In this document: positions 1 to 13,100 of the stretch, piece after piece | Position numbering within the stretch: position 1 is the stretch's first letter | Layout: every line of letters starts with the position of its first letter | Assembly (NCBI GenBank): GCA_950097015.1 | Contig: CATNEN010000039.1 | Location: 19,344,001 to 19,408,000, forward strand | Direction of reading: 5' to 3' | Source of the DNA: Macrostomum hystrix | Taxonomy: Eukaryota; Animalia; Platyhelminthes | Length of the DNA stretch: 64,000 bases | The notes under the pieces: generated by a model | Database searches by the model: none | The model's input: only the letters and a program-made list of their open reading frames with translations | Told to the model about the DNA's origin: nothing | Position numbers and translations under genes: made by a program

Positions 1-186
1 GAGATGTAACAGGAGATATTTGTTGCCTTCTGGGCTGAGTAAAACGATGGACACATCGTTTCTATGCTATTTGGGGGCAATGGTTTCCTGTCAAAGAAAA
101 AGGGCGAAAATTTCTTGCTGCGAGTTTGGTAGCCTGCAAGTAGCCTCCATTCTGGTATTATGGAGGTTCTCTTCTGTTTGGAGAAC

Positions 187-495
187 ATTAGTTCTCTGCT
201 GCTGGGGGAATTAGTTCTCTGCTGCTGGGGGAATTAGTTCTCTGCTGCTGGGGGAATTAGTTCTCTGCTGCTGGGGGAATTAGTTCTCTGCTGCTGGGAG
301 TATTAGTTCTCTGTTGCTGGGGGAATTAGTTCTCTGCTGCTGGGGGAATTAGTTCTCTGCTGCTGGGAGTATTAGTTCTCTGTTGCTGGGGGAATTAGTT
401 CTCTGCTGCTGGGGGAATTAGTTCTCTGCTGCTGGGGGAATTAGCTCTCTGCTGCTGGGAGTATTAGTTCTCTGCTGCTGGGTAAATTAGTTCTC
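187..495. repeat. 23-bp minisatellite (TTAGTTCTCTGCTGCTGGGGGAA)n
   Basis: About 13 head-to-tail copies with point variants, read directly from the sequence. Confidence 0.95.
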
Positions 496-797
496 ATGGC
501 AAAACCAGCGTTTGAATCATTCTAAGCCAGAGTCTGAATCATGGCTAAACCAGAGCTTGAATCATGGCTAAACCAGAGCTTGAATCATGGCTAAACCAGA
601 GTTTGAATCATGGCTAAATCAGAGTTTGAATCATGGCTAAACCAGAGTTTGAATCATGGCTAAATTTAAGTTTGAATCATGGCTAAACCAGAGTCTCAAT
701 CATGGCTAAACCAGAGTCTCAATCATGGCTAAACCAGAGCTTGAATCATGGCTAAACAAGAGTTTGAATCATGGCTAAACCAGAGTTTGAATCATGG
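496..797. repeat. 23-bp minisatellite (GAATCATGGCTAAACCAGAGTTT)n
   Basis: Tandem copies abutting the first array. Confidence 0.95.
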
Positions 798-974
798 AAA
801 AAATTTTATTTTGTCATTGAATTGAATTCTCTAACTTTTGATTTTGTTGTGTTATATCATCATAATGATATTCAATTAATTCATTTAATTGTTGTACTTC
901 TCAATTTTCTACAAAAGCAGCTAATATAAATATTTTTAAAGCAGCTAATATAAATATTCAACAGGCAAAAATTT

Positions 975-1540
975 TCAACTGAGGATCATTATCAATAGGG
1001 AGTAATCATCAAATGAGGGATCATGATCAACTGGGGGATCATTGTCAACTAAGGGGTCATTGTCAACCGGCGGATCATTGTCAAATGGGGGATCATTGTC
1101 AACTGGGAATCATCATCAATGGGGATTATCATCAATGGGGATTATCATCAAATAGGGGATCATGGTCAACTGGGGGATCATGGTCAACTGGGGGATCATT
1201 GTCAACTGGTGGAACATTGTCAACTGGGGGATCATCATCAACTGGGGGATCATTGTCAACTGGGGGATCATTGTCAACGGGGGGAACATTGTCAACTGAG
1301 TATCATCATCAATGGGGATTATCATCAAATCGGGGATCATGGTCAACTGGGGGATCATTGTCAACTGGGGAATCATTGTCAACTGGGGGATCATTGTCAA
1401 CTGGGGGATCATTGTCAACTGGGGGATCATTGTCATCTGGGGGATCATTGTCAACTGGGGGATCATTGTCAACTGGGGGATCATTGTCAACTGGGGGATC
1501 AATCTCATCTAGAGGATAAATGTCATCTGGGGGATCATTT
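975..1540. repeat. 18-bp minisatellite (CAACTGGGGGATCATTGT)n
   Basis: Tandem copies; the unit is a multiple of 3, which explains the periodic ORFs in the track. Confidence 0.95.
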
Positions 1541-1689
1541 TATCTTTAAGAAGCTGTAAATTCAGCTGCTTAAAAGTATATACTCGACGAATTAAAATTT
1601 TTTCTGCTCCCCGAAGGGGGGCAAAACTTGCTAGTGATATACTATATTTGCAAAAGGGCTGTGAGCACTTACACTTGGTGACAGTGGAC

Positions 1690-2950
1690 TCAAAGAGTTC
1701 TCCCCATTCACTGACTTCTGAGCACACACGCACACAGATACTGGACACACGCACACAGATACTGGACACACGCACACAGATACTGGACACACGCACACAG
1801 ATACTGGACACACGCACACAGATACTGGACACACGCACACAGATACTGGACACACGCACACAGATACTGGACACACGCACACAGATACTGGACACACGCA
1901 CACACATACTGGACACACGCACACACATACTGGACACACGCACACAGATACTGGACACACGCACACAGATACTGGACACACGCACACACATACTGGACAC
2001 ACGCACACAGATACTGGACACACGCACACAGATACTGGACACACGCACACACATACTGGACACACGTACACAGATACTGGACACACGTACACAGATACTG
2101 GACACATGCACACACATACTGGACACACGCACACACATACTGGACACATGCACACACATACTGGACACATGCACACACATACTGGACACACGCACACAGA
2201 TACTGGACACATGCACACAGATACTGGACACATGCACACAGATACTGGACACATGCACACAGATACTGGACACATGCACACAGATACTGGACACACGCAC
2301 ACAGATACTGGACACACGCACACAGATACTGGACACACGCATACACATACTGGACACACGCACACAGATACTGGACACACGCACACAGATACTGGACACA
2401 TGCACACAGATACTGGACACATGCACACAGATACTGGACACACGCACACAGATACTGGACACACGCACACAGATACTGGACACATGCACACAGATACTGG
2501 ACACATGCACACAGATACTGGACACACGCACACACATACTGGACACATGCACACAGATACTGCACACATGCACACAGATACTGGACACACGCACACAGAT
2601 ACTGGACACACGCATACAGATACTGGACACACGCACACAGATACTGGACACACGCACACAGATACTGGACACACGCACACAGATACTGGACACACGCACA
2701 CACATACTGGACACACGTACACACATACTGGACACACGCACACACATACTGGACACACGCACACAGATACTGGACACATGCACACACTCAAACTGACTTT
2801 CTCATCGTCAGGCAGTGTACACTTTCACTGTGCCTTGGAGGTTAGCCCTCACGACAAGTCCCCCGAGCCTTCTATTCACGGTTGCGTCCTAAATTAAGGT
2901 CGCCTCGCCGCGGATGGTCGAGCTCAGGGACCTCATTGCCACTCGCTCCC
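1690..2950 (-). mobile_element. tRNA-derived SINE family A copy with an internally expanded 21-bp minisatellite
   Basis: The flanks of the array (CCCATTCACTGACTTCTGAGCACAC... and ...CTGACTTTCTCATCGTCAGGCAGTG...) match the SINE copy at 57700-57987. Confidence 0.8.
1723..2788. repeat. 21-bp minisatellite (ACACACGCACACAGATACTGG)n, about 50 copies
   Basis: Direct tandem repeat. Confidence 0.97.
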
Positions 2951-3030
2951 TGTTTATCAGTTTAATCACTAAAATGCGAATAAGGTAACAACGCATAGTA
3001 CAGTAAAACAGCGCCGCTTGCACCCTGCAG

Positions 3031-4396
3031 ATCTGCAGGTTCAGCAGTTGCCAAAGAATCTGCCGGCCAAGCAGTCCTCGTTGTGGATGTCCGACGATAA
3101 CGCCAACCTTGGCAACGATGGCGACACCTCTGGCGCATTTATCACCGGGTCAAAGTGCATCCACGCTTCGGCTGGGGATACAATGCCCTGGTGGATGCTG
3201 GACATGCAGAGTGTGCGCCTAATCAGCGCCTTGAGGATCTGGAATCGTATCGACTGCTGCTCAGAGAAGCTTAGCAACATTCTGCTGGGTGAGCATTCTG
3301 CAAACTACTCAACCGAGTGGGGGATAGTTTAGCCTCCACAGTAGTAGTGTACATCTACCCTGACTTTCTCATCGTCAGGCAGTGTACACTTTCACTGTGC
3401 CTTGGAGGTTGGCCCTCAAAGGCGTAAATTTCACGACAAGCCACCAAGCCTTCTCTCCGAGGCAGCTCCCCTAATAAATGCGGCCTCAGGGACCTTGGCG
3501 TGAGAGGCAAACGCGCAAACCGCTCTGCCACTCACCCCCCAGGTTTAGCTTCATAAAGGCTGCAAGAATTTTAACACGCCTGCAGGCATACACTAAGTGG
3601 TCCGTAAACACTAAGTCGCTTTAAAGTGTTCGTAGAACATCTTCAGGAGAAAAATTTTAAGAAACTGCTGACCTCTTCCATCACCAGGAGCTACAGCCTT
3701 CGAATCGATTTGGAGCAGCTTCAACAGCTCGCTAGTTGACCCGTGCCACCTGTACACCGGAGTGCCAACAGCAGGGGATAATCCGCTGACTTTCACCTGC
3801 TCGAGACCCGTGGCTGGCCGGTACCTGGCTGTGCTGCGGTCGCCACCTTCAACTGTCTACTTTCACTTCTGTGAAATTGACGTCTTTGTGTGTGAGTACC
3901 CACCCGCTGTGTCCGGGGTACAGGGTCCTTTTAATAGATCGATAGACACTCTACTCAGATTGATAGACACTCTACCCAGATCGATAGACATTCCCTACTC
4001 AGATCGATAGACAGTCCTCACTGATGCATTGATACTCTCTACTCATGGATGCATTCATTTCATTATAATTCACGAAAAATCGAGAGAGGGAATTCAATTA
4101 ATCTCTTGGCGATTCTATTCAGCAAAACCCAACTTTCAGTCACCAAGATCGCGCCGCACCGGTTTTCGTTGGCTGAGCCCGCGTTCTCCACGGCTGCAGC
4201 GTCGCCTCTAGTTGAACTGCCAGCCAGCCGGTCTCCGCTGGAATGCAGCCTGCTGTGCGGCGAGCATCCAACCTGCCTGTACGCTATGCACTCGAGCTCA
4301 GCCGTTTGCCGGTTGTTTCTTTCTCCGACACTGCCGCTCAGCCTACGCCAGATCTTCATAGACGAGAAAGGCAGTTTTGTCAGCCTAGTGGGCTGA
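3031..4396 (+). CDS. F-type lectin (fucolectin/F5/8C) + PAN/apple domain protein; exons 3031-3288, 3688-3891, 4140-4396; 5' exon not located
   Basis: F-type lectin motifs CIHAS...PWWMLDM...WNRIDCCSEKL and C...GRYL...FCEIDV. PAN-type LECSLLCGEHPTCLYA...CRL. GT-AG junctions keep the frame (both phase 1). Confidence 0.8.
3350..3541 (-). mobile_element. SINE family A fragment (intronic)
   Basis: Similar to 57780-57987. Confidence 0.8.
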
Positions 4397-4574
4397 TGAG
4401 TCCGATCGCGCCGGATTCAGGACCTCAGACTTCAAGACACAATAATGGGAGTTTTTACTTTAACAGAAAGAGTACCGAGCTAGTTCTTCGCCCGTTTTAA
4501 TAAAAGGGGGTCATACTATAATGCTAACGAAGTTTGATAAAGGCAGTTTGATAATACAATAATGTGGCGGCCGC

Positions 4575-4749
4575 TGTGCCTTGGAAATGGAGATCGGCTC
4601 ACAAAGGCTTAAATTGCACGACAAGCCCCCAAGCCTTCTCTCCGCGGCTGCGCCCCGAAATAAACCTCGAAATGGCCTCGCCACGGAATCGAGCTTAGGG
4701 ACATTGGTGCGAGAGGCGACCGCATTAACTGCTCTGCCACCGACCCCCT
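4575..4749 (-). mobile_element. SINE family A fragment
   Basis: Similar to 57825-57987, including the tRNA-like head. Confidence 0.8.
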
Positions 4750-5547
4750 TAGAGCACTGTAAACAACGGCCCTTTGAACTTAGGAATACGCAAGCTTTAT
4801 AGCACGGGGCCCAAGCCGCTAGTGAATTTTCGAAGATAATATTTGCACTTACCCCATGTTGCGTTTAGCTCTGTCACATTTTCTCCCTTTTAGGCGCGTA
4901 CTTGGCTGCGATTGTCTGGCCCTGGCGGCCAGGTTGAGGCATACCTCGAGCACTGGACCAACCAGGTTTTTTTCCTACCCAACCATCCCCCCTGCGCACG
5001 TGTGATTGTCTCTGGCGGATTGGGCCAACAAGCGTCTGACCTAGGTCTGGAGGCAGCCGAATTGCTTGGCTTCCGAGACCCTTCCGGACCGGAGCCCTAC
5101 GTCACACAACAGCCTGGGACTCGCCCATATACAAGCACATTAAATAAACGCTTGGTACTTCCCAGAACGGTTGTGTAGACTTTTTTAATGAGTCTGAAAA
5201 CGTCAAGTTAAGGGTGTGGTTATGCTATCATTTGCGCACCGTGCGAAGATCGGGGGAGTGAGTTTCTGTTTCGATGGAACTTTGAACGGTGAACGCTAGT
5301 AGTCGCCTATGTGTCCGATTGGGTGAGTCATGATAATAGTAGAATTTTTAATTCATTGTTCTCGTGAGACTACGTCTAGTAGCATGCTACGCATGTTGGT
5401 TGTTACAGAATATTAAAGTAAATTTCAAGGCTCTATAGTTACTTTAACTTGCGAAGTCTATTTTCCAGGCCTTGATTAGCCAGATTTGAATATAATTTGA
5501 AGGTTAATTCGGACTAATTGGCGAATGAATTAGTGCTTATCGTTCTT

Positions 5548-5835
5548 GAGGAGGTCAGTGGCAGAGCGGTCTAACGCGTTTGCCTCTCGCGCCAAGGTCC
5601 TGCCATTCCGCGGCGAGGCCACATTTATTTCGGGCGCAGCCGCGAAAAGAGGGCTTCAAGAATTTGCAATATACGGCCTTGTGGGCCAACCTCCTAGGCA
5701 CAGTGAAATTGTACACTGTCTGACGATGAAAAAGTCAGGGCAGATGTACACATCTGTGTGAGCATGTGCCTGCGTACGGTGTCTGTGTGTGCGTGTATAT
5801 GTGTGTGCTCAGGAGTCAGCGCTCAGGAATGAGCA
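5548..5835 (+). mobile_element. SINE family A copy
   Basis: A-box-like GTGGCAGAGCGGT; body is the reverse complement of 57700-57987. Confidence 0.8.
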
Positions 5836-5869
5836 GCGAGGAGAAGGAATTTATCAGTTGAGAAATAAT

Positions 5870-6060
5870 AATAATGAAAACTGACCCCAATTGGGTCAGA
5901 TGTGCAGCCGACAGCACAGCCGCAGCTATTGCGCGGTGCATCTGAAGGCTGCGTACTGCTGTTCAGTCCATGGACTGGGGGGACACCACACCCACCCTCA
6001 ATTATCCCAGCTGATGCTGGTACCCATTTAACAGCTGGGTGAACTGAAGCAATGCAGAGC
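5870..6060 (-). mobile_element. SINE family B (CORE-like) 3' part
   Basis: Near-identical reverse complement of 56625-56812. Confidence 0.85.
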
Positions 6061-7193
6061 TGACCACAAACATTTTGTGCATAAAAATTTCGATTCTTAG
6101 AACTGGTCATCGAATTGACATGATTTTCAGATGAGTGTAGAAAAACCAGACAGCAAATACATTTTAGTAAATGGACTGCTAGTCCAGGTGTCGGTCAGAA
6201 CTTACAGAACTTGCTCTGAACTTCCGCTTATTTGTGTTTAGTTTCAAGTTCTGGTTCAGTGATTTTAGCCCGCCAGTTGAGCGTTCAATCTGGATCTAGA
6301 GAGTGAAAGATCTAACAAGAGCGGCTCGCTCCAGTTGCTATATTTAGTAACTTGGTACCCAGCTGGCTCAATCCACCGCATTTTTTCTCTATTTTCCTTG
6401 CCACTGTAAGCACTTTAGCTGAGGACACTTTCTCTCTGTATCACAGGTGTTTGCTTCGTTGCATCTGTTTCTACAGTGCAATCTGCTCGGATATGCTGAA
6501 TCTACACTGGCGCCAACCAACAGAAGCGATTATTTAGTACGAGCAACAAATTGGATTATTTAGCACTTTAGTTGACTCGTTTTCTCATTCTGAAGTTTTA
6601 TTGGACTCAATTCTTTCCTGGAAATGTGTCGCTTGGCTCGCCGAAGTCATCGATGGCCCTATTGATTTACTATGTGCTTTCTTAGCTGCTCGAAGTCTGT
6701 GAGACCAACTCACTGCCTGCTGCCCGCTTGAAAGACTACGTGATAGCTCACGGTTCCCAGCACGAGAGACAGCCAGACAGTCAGACTTATGCTAGCCTTA
6801 GCCTGATTGAAAAAACTATCGAGAATGAAATATTTAAGAATATTTCTGCGATCGTCACTCAAACACTCCCTGCACAATGGCTTCATTCCCCTGGCTTTGC
6901 GCTAGCGCCGGGGCCAAACAGAGAGGGTAGCACATGGCATTTGTCGAGATCTCTTTCTTTCTTCCACTGCTGGGGCAGAGGCAGCGGTGTGGGGTGGGTG
7001 CACACTCAGGGGAGATTTGGGGAAGACACCAATTCTCAAAGCAGTATAGAGACGCATCGATTTGCCAAAGCGTCTATCGATTTTGATCGGGACCAGAAGT
7101 TTGATTTAAGAAGAGCGCTATTTTGAGCTAGCCACTTGGATTCTAAAACTTGCTTTCGTGTAGATCCGGTTTCTAAGTAGCTGTGATTTATCA

Positions 7194-10100
7194 ATGATCG
7201 GAAAAACTCAGCAGCCGTCAACACCTGTGCTGCTATGCGGTATCTTTGCTCTCATAGTTTTAGCACCTGCGTCATTTGCAATCGACTGCAATCCGGCCTG
7301 CGTTAACGGCAACTGCAACACCTCCACTGGTAACTGTATCTGTCCTGCAGTCGGTTTCCTAAATTTTGTCGACACCCGATGCGACAGTAAGATCCGCTCA
7401 TTCAGTCAATGGTCACTGTTAATTTAAAATCATTATCAATTTTATTGCTCGCTGAATGCTACTGTCAGTTTTTTCGCCAAAATTAACACTTTAAAGCGAA
7501 AATATGGCATGTACATTGGGAACTGCATTTCAGACGTCAGCACAATCACTACTGGTGCTCGGCCAACCTCGCTGTCACAGACGGCCGACTCAACAATTCA
7601 GTCTAGTTCTGTCAGCTTTGTGCACACAGTGTTTCAGGGCGGCTTCCCCATCAGCGAGGGTGTCATTGCAAAAGCTGTTTACGTAAGTGCTGTATTATTC
7701 AATATTGTTGCTATTCTTTGACAGAGAAAGCCGTCAACTTAGCATCTGAATTCGTGGGGCTCTGGAAGCAGAGAGCAAAGAATTCTGCAACCACAAATCA
7801 CTCCACTCGCAGATATGCTCTAACGGCTATGTGACATTTGACAGCGACTTTTGCACAACGAGGATCGAACTGCTGCAGACCGCTGCCGCGCCATCGTTCA
7901 TTGCTCCGTTCGCAACCAGTTTCGACTATCGCAGTGTCGCTAACAACGTTTCCAGCACGTCGAGCGTCACATACGAGCTCGTGACCAACGTCGACGCTGT
8001 GTCGAGTATCAGCTCCTTGCGAAACAACTTCAGCGAGTTTGCTGGCACGAAGTCAGCTATTGTCATCACTTGGAACCAAATGACGCCACCAATGATGGAC
8101 TTGAATGTGGCTCTGCAACAGGTTCGTGACTAGTCAGCGGTGCTTGTAAGATATAAATTTAGTGCTTTAGGCTGATACAAATTTGCTGAGCTAAGGTGTC
8201 ATTTCTATTTGTCTCTAGTAATGTAATGAATGAAAGCGCAATTATAATATCCTTGAATTAACATACTAAATTTTCTAGATCACCACCCAGCTGATCATCT
8301 TCACAGACATGCAGAAGGTCACTGCTGCTGCAATACTGTACTCTGCCAACACACTAAAGCACTACTTTGACTGGCTGCCCACCCTGGTAGCCAGGAAGAT
8401 TGGTGGGAGTATGGTCACATTGGCTGACAAAAGAAGCACCGCCATGGCCTACGCTAACGAGACTGTAGTATTCAGCGGTGCGCAGCGAAATTGTTGCATA
8501 ACATGCTTTCGATACGAACCCCCTGCCCGTTTCAAAGCCAACTCTTTCCTGCGCCAGCTCTCCCCTGTCTTATCTCTCCCAATTCTCATCTTCCTGTCTC
8601 ATCTCTTCCCGATCTCATTTTCCCGTCTCATTTCTCTTATCTCATATCAAAGTCTCTGGACTTCTAACTCTGACAGCTTTGATATGTTAGATAAACTCTT
8701 TGGTTCACAAATTTAATGGTGTCTCCGTATGATGCACTAAACAATGCATGGACTTTAGGTCTGAAGTCGCGCCTGAGAATCCTGCAAGTCTACCGTAATA
8801 ACGCCACCGCGCCGAACTACGCGGCCATGTGCAGCAGCGAGTCACTGGCAGCGCGAGCAATTACACCGTCTGCTGACGTAGCTAACTCGTGTCCGCAGAC
8901 CCAGCAGCAGGCAGGGTCCGATCCCAGGTACGCCCCAGACCCGCCACCAGTCGCTGGCAAGCAGGCGTACAAGCTGGTGCTCACAGCTAATATCGAGAAT
9001 GTTACACAACTCACCTGCGTCTATCACAATGTGACGGGCGGCTTGCTCGTGCAAGAGTCGTCCATAACGGTGATGAGTAACAATGTCAGCCTCGGTGCAA
9101 ACCTGTACGACTATTGCTGCAACAAGATGACCGCCCTATGCAATTTATACTACAGCAAGTTTCCACAGCCTTCATCCAGAAACTACAGACCACCAGGATC
9201 AGCAGGTGCAGCAGAAACCTTTTCAATTCTTTTGAGTGGTTAAAATAGTTGATAACCTGGAGAAACGAAGATAAAATGAAAAATATTTCTCTGCTTTATA
9301 CAGGCTTCGTTACGGGCGCCGGGTTATTTAAAACCTTTGATAACTTCATATTCAAATTCATGGGCATTGGCGACTACTGGCTGCTGAACAGTGCCAACCT
9401 AAAAGTTCAAATCCGCATGGAGAACCTGAACCAGCCCGGTGCAAACAATTCGGCGGCAGTTTCCGCAATGGTTGCTCAGTTCGCTGGGTCTAGCGGCTTA
9501 ACCATTGAAGTGTGTCTCTATTTTCATGATATTGGTTTCAACTTAGTCTCTTGGGAGTAACTGGGTAGGCTGCACAGACTCTCTTGCATTTCCAGGTGTT
9601 GTCCAGAAACAAGTCATTGATTAGTTCCTGGCACTACAGCATCAACCAGAGCGCTTATCAAAATGTTACTAGCACATCCTCAACTCAGACGCTCATTTTG
9701 AACAATGGTAAGCTTTGATTAAGCGGATGCGTTTGTGCTTGTGACTGTCTGACATTTGGTGAAATTCGTCCAGACGTCATGAAAGTTATCCAAGTGAACA
9801 AACACTCTCTAGGGTAGATATTTCGTGCAAAATAAACAGAGTAAACAGAGAAAGCAATTTAAGAAAACTGTTTCCTGCCCGGTGAGCGTTGGAAGTTTAA
9901 TTTCTTTGCCATTTCCCCTTGGGAACGATCGGCCGCATCTTCCTGACCGCTATCACCTTTCCCGCCCCATCTTTCACGCTTGTCACTGAGTGTGAGTGGT
10001 TTTCTGCCCGTAGCTCCTCCTCCTCTTGGCCGGAAGTGCCGCTGATCGCGCTCGCCTAGAGCACCACGGCGCGCGGAGCTGCTGAATCGCCTCAGCCGAA

Positions 10101-13100
10101 TTTACCACAATTTTTTTACCACACACTGTTATGTACGCCGCAGGTAATTTCAAATTTCAGTGGTCATCATTGGAAGTAGCAGCAGACTATTGTGCTACAC
10201 GCAGAACTCAAACAGCTGGATTGAGGTGCGAATGAAATTCAGCCTTGCAATTGTATAATTAATTCATTTCATACCTACAGTGGTGTGTTTAACAAACCGC
10301 TATTTAGATTTTAACGGGTACCAACGGTCTGACAGTGTCAGTGTTCCTTGACAAGCCAACCTCGGGTAGCATCGCGGGACTGCTCGGAAACAGCGACGCA
10401 AAAAGCATGAATGACGTGGCCTATAGAAATGGAACCGTGCTCAATGCTACTCAACAAATGGATCAGACACTGTTCCTTGAAGCGCAGTCATCCTGTAAGA
10501 GTGCTTAATGCCTTATATGATAAGGAGGCTATACAAGTATGAGGAGGGTTTTGCCATATGGTTGAGCGTCGGACTCGCGACTTGAAGGTCAGGGGTTCGA
10601 TTCCCAGAGTCCACTGGAACAATTCGTGTCCTTTAGCAAGAAACTTAACTCTGAATTTCTTTAGTTCATTCAGTCAAATGCCAGCATTAGCTGGGGTAAT
10701 TGAGGGTGGGTGTGGCGTCTTCCCCAGTCCATGGACTGAACAGCCGTACGCGGCCTTCAGATGCGCCGCGTATTCTGCGCTGTTCTATGCTGTACGCTGC
10801 ACATCTCGATTATAAAAGTAATATAAAAAAAACAAACATGATTCGTAATAATTTGAGTCATATATATAATATAATAACTTGACGTAATGGTACTCCTTGA
10901 ATTCGTACTTCTCTGTCTGCTTTGTTGTCAGGGGTCGTCGCTACACTAGCCAACGAATCTCTGTTTCGAGTCCCACATAACTCGTCGAATACTAATTCTG
11001 GCTGGTCGGCACTCTACTGGAACTCAGTCTGGGACACCAACTCGACGACCCTAGCACAGGACTTGTTCGCTGGTAACATGACAATCTACAATGCCTCTCA
11101 GTCAGTTTGCGCAACGAAGCCAAGTAATTCTACCGAGTACCGAAATTGCCTACTCGAGTACGTCGACTGCCAGTTTATAGCGACCTGCTCCTTGGCCTAT
11201 CTGGCTCGGCTGCAGTCAACAGCGGCTCAGATCAAAGACCTCTCGTGTGGGCCACCTCGTTGGAGCAGCGTTGCAAGCAATCCGCAAAGCGTCAAAGAGG
11301 GTGTTTTGTTTAGTCTCAACCTCACCGCCCTGGTGGAAGTTAACGCAACCAATTTAGCTTTCGGGAAAATTTCTGGACCGAGTAGACTGAACGTTTCGGA
11401 GAACGGCAGCCTGACTTGGGTGCCCGCTCAGGGCGACGTCTCATCTGCGATTATCCTTAGCGTCTCTGACAGAACCACGGGCTGTTCGAGTGTGCTGCCG
11501 CTGCGGGTCAGAATCACCAGACGGGACGGCCTCTGCCCGACGAACGCTGTCGAAAGCTTTGGATCCTCTGAATTGAGTGGAATAACTGTCACTCCTCAGA
11601 GTCAGTACTTAAAATTTTTACTGTTTGCTTCTTATTAACAGTAAAGACCATAGAACACAGGTTAAAATTTTAAAATTCTCCATGGAGGTTTATACGCTCG
11701 TACACCGTAAAGGGCGGAAAATCTTGATCCAATTTGGTGGACTTTCACGAAAATCGGTCATTCTGTTTAGGAGTGAAGTAGGCAGTGGGTATTTGAAATA
11801 ACCCCGTGGATTTTCCCTGGGAGTAAATAGCTTGGTCTTTGTCCTGCTAGATAGCTATTTATAAGGGGTTGGGAGTAGGTACAACTTCTTGAAAGAATAA
11901 CCGACCTACGAAATGTCACCGACGTAGAGATGCTTTTATTAGCACTCGACCTGCAAACTGTACCAATGCAAGAATTTATATTACCACTTTATTGTCAGAC
12001 ATATTATTAAGTCTTCGAGCCTAGTGATATATAACTGGTCTACATAACAAACCTTTATGTAGCGTGTGGCCAAATCACACAAATCACCAAAGATATATTA
12101 TTGCAACATAATATGGCCACAACAGATTGTTCTAATTGTCTCGATTGGTACAAAACAGTGGAATAACGGAATTCTCATTCTACAAAAACTACTTTAGACC
12201 AAGCCGAATTGTCCTCCTGTGTGTGCAACGCCAACTACTACGGTACCAACTGTACGTTTCCAACCTGCCCGCTGAATTGCTACTCCTGCGGCAGTCCAGC
12301 AACAAACTGCTCATCTACCTGCCCTACTAATTACGACTTGTCCACTATTGGGAGTTTGACAATTTGCGCCCATAGAGATTGGTGCAATAGAACGGCATGC
12401 AGTAGCCCATCATCTGGTGTCTATACCGGATGCATTAGTGCTGACCCGGCCATTCAGACAGAAAGCTTCAAATACCAGTGCGTCTGTGGCGCCGGCTTTC
12501 AGTACCCACTGAGCAACCCTGCCGACAAGACAAAATGCGAGGGTGCGTCTTGTGCCTTTTTCGTTTGCTTGGATCATGTCAAGCTGACAAAGTGTCGAAA
12601 AAGAAATGTTTCAGCCGACACGAGCTCCTTAAATTGTACAATGTACTATTTGATTGCTATTGATCTGCAATTTAGATTCTATGAATAATCAGCTCCGACT
12701 GATCCCTGATTTACAAGCTTTAACTTTAACTGTATTAATCTTGCAAGCACTTATCGATCTATATAGATGTCTCCCATGATTGCAGACATAAATGAGTGTC
12801 TATTTCCAATGTACTGCGACACAGCTGCAAATAAGACCTGTACCAACACAGCTCCCGGCTACACCTGTGCCTGTAGCCCTGGATTTCAGCTAAATAACTC
12901 AAGCAGGTGCGAGGATATTGACGAATGCAAAAATAACTTGACTATCTGTCAGAACGGCGGCTGCATCAATACCGTCGGTTCCTATCGCTGTAACTGCTTA
13001 CCTGGTTTCTACGCCGAAACCTCGACCAAGTGCGTAGACATTGACGAGTGCGCGAACCCGGCTGTCAGCAAGTGCACTCATAGGTGCAGAAATAACAACG

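Noticed and set aside
187-800. CRISPR-like appearance of the 23-bp arrays
   Set aside because: Units are head-to-tail with no unique spacers, there are no cas genes, and the context is eukaryotic.
1013-2897. Long repetitive ORFs (GDHCQL, STGGSL, CVRVSSI, HTDTG repeats) suggesting metal-binding or antifreeze-like proteins
   Set aside because: Open in most frames on both strands because the 18- and 21-bp units lack stops; no signal peptide or splice context; one array lies inside a SINE.
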